Shown piece after piece: positions 48,496 through 64,000 of a DNA stretch of 64,000 bases. This DNA is from the human T2T-CHM13v2.0 reference genome, Homo sapiens: NCBI RefSeq assembly GCF_009914755.1, contig NC_060935.1; one strand, written 5' to 3'. The notes under the pieces were generated by a model that was not told the DNA's origin, did not search any database, and saw only the letters and a list, made by a program, of their open reading frames with translations. Numbering within the stretch: the first letter of the stretch is position 1; every line of letters begins with the position of its first letter. Made by a program: the position numbers and the translations under genes.

Positions 48496-48654
48496 CTCAC
48501 AACACTCCATGGCACTGCCCAGGCGGCCCAGCAGGCGATAGGCCACGGCCATGTGGTACTGGCTCATGGCCCGGTACTTCAGGCTCCAGCCTTTGCCATA
48601 GTTGTTGACAAGCTCTGCCGCCTTGCAGGGGAAGAACAGGGCTTTCTCGTAGTC
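48496..48654 (-). CDS. RAPSN: Rapsyn exon 3
   Basis: [53 protein letters not shown]. Confidence 0.97.
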
Positions 48655-49490
48655 CTGCAGGGGACATGGAATGGAAGGAGGCAAACTGAGTGGCAGAGGC
48701 TGCCCCAAGTCAAGGGCTCCTGGGCTAGGTTTCTCTAACAGCAGGTAGGGGCAGGGGGCCCGAGTGTCTGCTCATTCATTGTGACATCCAGGACAAGAGT
48801 GGCCCGATAGAGGGAACAGCCAGTGCAAAGGTGTCGCTCTGTGGACTCAGGGATTCTCATCTGGTTTGTGACGCATCCCAAGAGCCTAGCACAGTTCTTG
48901 GCACTTGGTAGATGCACAATAAATATTTGTTGAGTGAATGAATGAAAAGACAAGAAAACACAGTTGGCTTCTCTTTTCTCCCAATGCCAAATGGGCTCCT
49001 CAGCTTCAGAGATGCACAGGGATGGGAGATACCAGATCCCTCCACTAGAGCTTGCCTGCTGGCACCCGGAAGCAGGTGTTCACTGAAGCTCAGTGGCAGA
49101 CTGGCAGCACAACAGGCTCAAAAGAACATCAGACAGACTCAGCGAGGCGATGCAACCATTGGCTTGTACTTTTTCCTCAAGCTTCCAAATGCATTTTCTA
49201 CCTGCTCATGGTCAGCTGATGACCTCGCCTCAACTCCACGAGGAAAAGGAAGAAAATCAGGGAGAAGCTCCTTCCCCTCCTGTCTCCACCAGATCTCCCA
49301 TCTCCGCACCTCTGCTCCCACGCTCCCTGCCTCCTTTCCTGTCACTGTGGAGGATGGCTCCTGTTCCCATCAAATGCCAGCCTCCGATGAGCAGTCTCTG
49401 CATCGTCAGGTCCTCTCTTTCTACAGAATCTTTCCCATCCACGTGCAAACATGTCTGGCATTTCTCATCTCATTTAAAAAATAAAAACTG

Positions 49491-53270
<3,780 letters not shown>

Positions 53271-53597
53271 GACTCCATACAACCCCACTGTAAGGTGAGT
53301 CCTATTCTCCTTCATTTTACAGATCTCTCCCAAGGTTCAGAGAGGATAGGTGACTTGCCCAAGACCACACAGCAAACATGGCAGTGCAGGCCGCTGGCCT
53401 GTCCTCACAGAGGAGCCTCCCATTATTCCTCCAGGAAGTCACACAGATCAAGGTTTGAATCCTGGCTCTGCCCTTGCTGGCTTCCTGGCCAAGTTGTTAC
53501 CTTCCTGGATAAGCCTTTTTGCTCTCTGATTCTCACTCTCCTCAGCCCTCCCTAAAAGGAGGGCTGAATGAGGTAGTGCCACAGGGTGTGTGCCTCA

Positions 53598-54020
<423 letters not shown>

Positions 54021-54393
54021 TCAGCCTGGACTCTGAGCCTTGGACCCCAGCCTGCACTGCAGGCTCAGACCTGGAGGCCCCACACCCACCCCCCAGCCTC
54101 ACACCCAAAGCAGCAGATCCCAAAGCTTCTTTTCAGACCCAGAGCTTCTACCCGCCAGCCTCAGCTACCTTCCCTACACCCCAGCCTCACCTCCCAAGCT
54201 CAGGCTTGCAGCCTTCACCTTCTATCCCAAGCCTCAGATCTGGAGTCTCCACCACCCACCCACCCCCAGCCGCAACCCTGGAGCCCACACCCCGCCAGGC
54301 TCAGACACAGAACACCAGACAGGAAGGCTGAAACCTACAATGGGCTTGAGACCCACAAACCCTCGACCCTGAGGCTGGAGAACCTCAGTCTCA

Positions 54394-54864
<471 letters not shown>

Positions 54865-54929
54865 TCATGGGGCAGGAATCACAGTGCCAGCTGCCCCCCG
54901 AAACGTGGGAACAAAAGCAGCGTCGGGTG

Positions 54930-55060
54930 GGAGCCGGAATGGGGCCTGGATGGAGAGCAGGCGCCACCCTGGGAACAAAGCTGGTTCAGCCCGTCTGCAG
55001 CTGTCGCTGCCAGTTGGGGCCACATGGCCTCTGAGGAATGTCAGCAGCAAGGTCACGTGG
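54930..55060 (-). promoter_or_regulatory. RAPSN: RAPSN muscle promoter: E-box cluster, MCAT and N-box-like sites
   Basis: CAGCTG 54998-55003, CAGTTG 55011-55016, CACATG 55021-55026, CACGTG 55054-55059, GGAATG 55035-55040, CCGGAA 54934-54939. Confidence 0.85.
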
Positions 55061-56042
55061 GCCTCTGCTGCACCCACCCGCGAGCTGGGACGTGGCTTCC
55101 CTGAGCATACAGGCACCTTGCCACCTGGGCACCCCCTTGGGCGTCCCTTCGGCACCTCTGACACTGACCCTGACCGCCCTGGCAGCACGGGCCCTCCCAG
55201 CAGCCTTGCCAAGGGGCCAGCTCCAGCAAGTGGGCAGGCCTTGGGCTAGAGGTGCTCGGGGGAAGGAGAGCGAGGCTGGACCTGCAGGTCCGGGGAAGCC
55301 AGGTGAGCGCCCAGCCCTGCTTCTTCCCCATCAAGACACCTCTGACCGCAGCATCCCCTGGCTCTGTTCCTGAAATTCACTGAGCACCGTGGGTCACTCA
55401 TCCAGGCCCAGGCTGACACCATTCACCAACTCTCACCTTAGAGAGTCTGGGAAAGACCTCCAGCTGGTGAGAGGCCTGAGCTCTAGCCTGGCTTCCTTCG
55501 AACTCTCAGTGGGACCCTAGCCAAGTGACCTGGCACCGTGGACTGAAGAGAGGAATGGTACCTGGCTCACTGGACTGCTATGAGAACTCAATGACGAAAG
55601 AGTTGAGAAGGACTTAGGACAGTGCCCGGCACAGGAAACCCCGCATGTGCTGCAAGAGGCTATTTTGCTCCATGGCAAATCCCCACCCGGGCCAGAACCC
55701 AGCCCTTGAAGTTTCAATGTCTCACTTCCAATCCCAACCCCGGGCTGAAAGGGTCCTCATAATGAGATTTAACACCAGATACTGTGGAGAAGGGCAAGGT
55801 CTTATGTAGTATTGGGGCCCCCGCTAGCAGGCCAGCTCATCCAGCCCCCCTTTCTCCTCTCTCTGCATGCCAGCCTTCTTCCTGCCCCAGGGCAAAAGTT
55901 TATCCTTTCTGGCTGGGCAATTCAGTGGTTTTTAGTATATTCACAGAGATGCACATTAATTGCCACTAATTCCAGAACATTTTAACCACCCCAAAAAGGA
56001 GACGCACACCCATCAGCAGTTACACCACTCCATTCCCCACCT

Positions 56043-57295
<1,253 letters not shown>

Positions 57296-57558
57296 TATGG
57301 ACCTGTCTATTGTGGACCCTTCACAGGAATGGAATCATACAATATGTGGTCATCTGTGACTGGCTTCTTTAACTTGGCATAATGTTTTCAAGATTCAACT
57401 ATGTTTTCAACCGTATCAGAACTTCATTACTTATTGTGGTTGGTTAATACTCATTGTCTGGATATACATTTTGTTGATTCAGCAGTTAATAGGCATTTGG
57501 GTTGTTTCATTTTTGGCTACTATGAATAATGATGCTATAAAAATTCATGTACAAATTG

Positions 57559-58408
57559 GGCTGGGCACGGTGGCTCACGCCTGTAATCCCAGCACACTAG
57601 GAGGCTGAAGCAGGCAGATCACTTGAGCCCAGGAGTTGGAGACCAGCTTGGGAAACATAGCGAGACCCCATATCTACAAAAAATACAAAAAAAAAAAAAA
57701 AATTAGCTGGGTGTGGTGGTGCACAGCTGTGGTCCCAGCTACTCGCGAGGCTGAGGCAGGAGAATCGCTTGAGCCTACAAGCTTGGACTGCAGTGAGCCG
57801 CAATCATGTCACTACACTCCAGCCTGGGTGACAGAGCGAGACCCTGTTTCAAAAAAATAAAAAATTCATGTACTAGGTTTTATGGGGACATGTTTTCATT
57901 TCTCTTAGGTATATGCTTGGAGCAGAAGTGTGAGTAATATGGCAACTGTTACATTCTGGTACCTGCCTACCTGTCTGCCCCAGGGCCTTTGCACCTCCTA
58001 ATTCCTTCTCTGTTCACCACACCCACACTCTGCCTCGTAAGTCATAATTAGGATGAATCAGCATATTATCCTCTCATTGAATTACACTGCATTCTGATAC
58101 AGGACTTATCTCTATAATTTTATTTTGAGACAGGGTCTCACTTTGTCGCCCAGGCTGGAGTGCAGTGGTACAATCTAGGCTCACTGAGGCCTCGACCTCC
58201 TGGGCTCAAGCCACCCTCCCACCTCAACCCTCGCAAGTAGCTGGCATTACAGGCAATGCCACCATGCCCAGCTAATTTTTATATTTTTAGTAGAGACGGG
58301 GTTTCACCATGTTGGCCAGGCTGGTTTTGAACTCCTGTGCTCAAGTGATCCGCTGGCCTGGGCATCCCAAAGTGCTGGGATTACAGGCGTGAGCCACCAC
58401 GCCCAGCC
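57559..58408. mobile_element. Alus (+ 57559-57860; - 58118-58408)
   Basis: Alu consensus matches. Confidence 0.9.
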
Positions 58409-59266
58409 TCTCTATAATTTTATATTAGTGAGGTTGTTTGCTGAATGTCTTTATTCTTCACTCAAATGAGGTCATATGGCTGGGCCCTAACCCAGGGCAG
58501 GACTTTGTCTCCTTCATTACTGACTGTATTCCCAGAGCAAGGCCCGGCACACTGTGGCCCCTCAATAAATGTCAAATATCGGTGAATGGGGAAGAAGCGG
58601 AGGAAAGACGGCTTCACCGGGAAATTCAGAGCAACTACACGGCCTGCTTCCTGAGAGCCCAACGGGTCAGAGGGGACGCTCTGGGGGTCAGAAGGCAAAT
58701 GCCCCAGGCTCAACAGAGGCAGAGTGGGAGCAGGCTCTGGGACAGGTGGCTGGGCAAGGCCACCTGGACTCCCCAAAGGAGTGCTCCTAAGCCTGGGAAA
58801 GGGAGGGAGAGCTGGCTGGGGTCTTCTCTCATCTCAGGGAGGCCTGGGTTGATGCTGAGCTGCAGATGGGAGGGAAGCTGGGCCCACAGCGAAGGTGTGA
58901 AGGGCCAGCAGATTCTCCCCACTCCAAGGCCCAGACACTATTCACATTGAGTCTCTGGCAGGAAGGAATGGAGGAAGGGCGGCCTGCATCTACACCCCAA
59001 CAGAGTTGGGGACCACAGCCTTCCTCTTTCCTGGGGAACTCAAATGACCTCAAAACTTGAAAACTTGATGGGATCAAGCTGTCCTTTCCCTGAGACAGGT
59101 CTTTGCTCATCTGACTTCAGTGATGGGAATATGCCCATACTCGCTTATTCTAGGTAGCAGAGTACCTTATGTTTCCTTGAAACATTTCATTTCTTCTTTA
59201 TTATTATTATTTTTTTTGAGATGGAGTTTTTCACTCTTGTCGCCCAGGCTGGAGTGCCCGTGGTGG

Positions 59267-59746
59267 TGAGAGGTGAAGCCAGCTGGACTTCCTGGGTGGA
59301 GTGGTGACTAGGAGAACTTTTCTGTAGCTAACTAGAGGTTTGTAAAATGCACCAATCAGTGCTCTGTAAAAACACACCAATCGGTGCTCCGTAGCTAGCT
59401 GGAGATTTGTAAAATGGACCAATCAGCACCCTGTAAAATGGACCAATCAGTGCTCTGTAAAATGGGCCAATCAGCAGGACATGGGTGGAGACAAATAAAG
59501 GAATAAAAGCTGCCTCCCCGACCAGCCCATCCCCACCCCAACAAGCCAGCAGCAGAAACCCGCTTAGGTTCCGTTCCACGCTGTGGGAGCTTTGTTCTTT
59601 TGCTCTCCACAATAAATCTTGCTGTTGCTCACTCTTTGGGTCTGCACCACCTTTAATAGCTGTAACACTCACCACAGAGGTTCACGGCTTCATTCTTGAA
59701 GTCAGCGGGACCACGAACCCACTAGAAGGAACCAACTGCGGACACA
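59267..59746 (+). mobile_element. Solo LTR12 (ERV9 family, LTR12F-like) inserted into an antisense Alu (59200-59968)
   Basis: TG...CA ends (TGAGAGGTGAAGCC...GGACACA), 4-bp TSD GTGG at 59263 and 59747, five CCAAT repeats, AATAAA at 59611. Confidence 0.9.
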
Positions 59747-60019
59747 GTGGGATCTCGGCTCACTGCAACCTCTGCCTCCTGGGTTCAAGCAATTCTCCTG
59801 CCTCAGCCTCCCAAGAAGCTGGAATTACAGGCGAGCACCACTACACCTGGCTAAGTTTTGCAGTTTTAGTAGAGACGGGGTTCCACCATGTTGGCCAGGC
59901 TGGTCTCGAACTTTTGGCCTTAAGTGATCTGCCCGCCTCAGCCTCCCGTGAGCCACCATGCCCAGCCTCAAAAATTTCATTTCTGAGCACGTTTTCCAGA
60001 AATCAGCGACTGTAGTTAG

Positions 60020-64000
<3,981 letters not shown>

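Overview
This window is human genomic DNA that I recognise as chr11p11.2, between SPI1 and CELF1. It is GC-rich and extremely Alu-dense. It holds three complete genes whose exons I reassembled by hand with canonical GT-AG junctions: SLC39A13 (ZIP13, + strand, 10 exons, CDS 14998-20266, 371 aa), PSMC3 (Rpt5/TBP-1, - strand, 12 exons, CDS 31176-23739, 439 aa) and RAPSN (rapsyn, - strand, 8 exons, CDS 54804-43814, 412 aa). The first ~0.8 kb carries a PBX-HOX/TCF/PU.1 motif cluster consistent with the SPI1 -17 kb URE enhancer. Other features are an orphan CpG island at ~5 kb, a perfect 4x39-bp self-complementary tandem repeat (the MIR4487 locus) inside an old L1, a truncated U6 pseudogene, a solo LTR12 inserted into an Alu, and a young AluYa5. 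I cannot support a genuinely new biological system here. The best leads are the quasi-palindromic 39-bp VNTR, a local duplication flanking RAPSN exon 3, a latent poison exon in PSMC3 intron 10, a fold-back Alu chimera and the orphan ETS-GATA CpG island. Gene, variant and repeat-family names come from recall, not database searches. Repeat boundaries are approximate.
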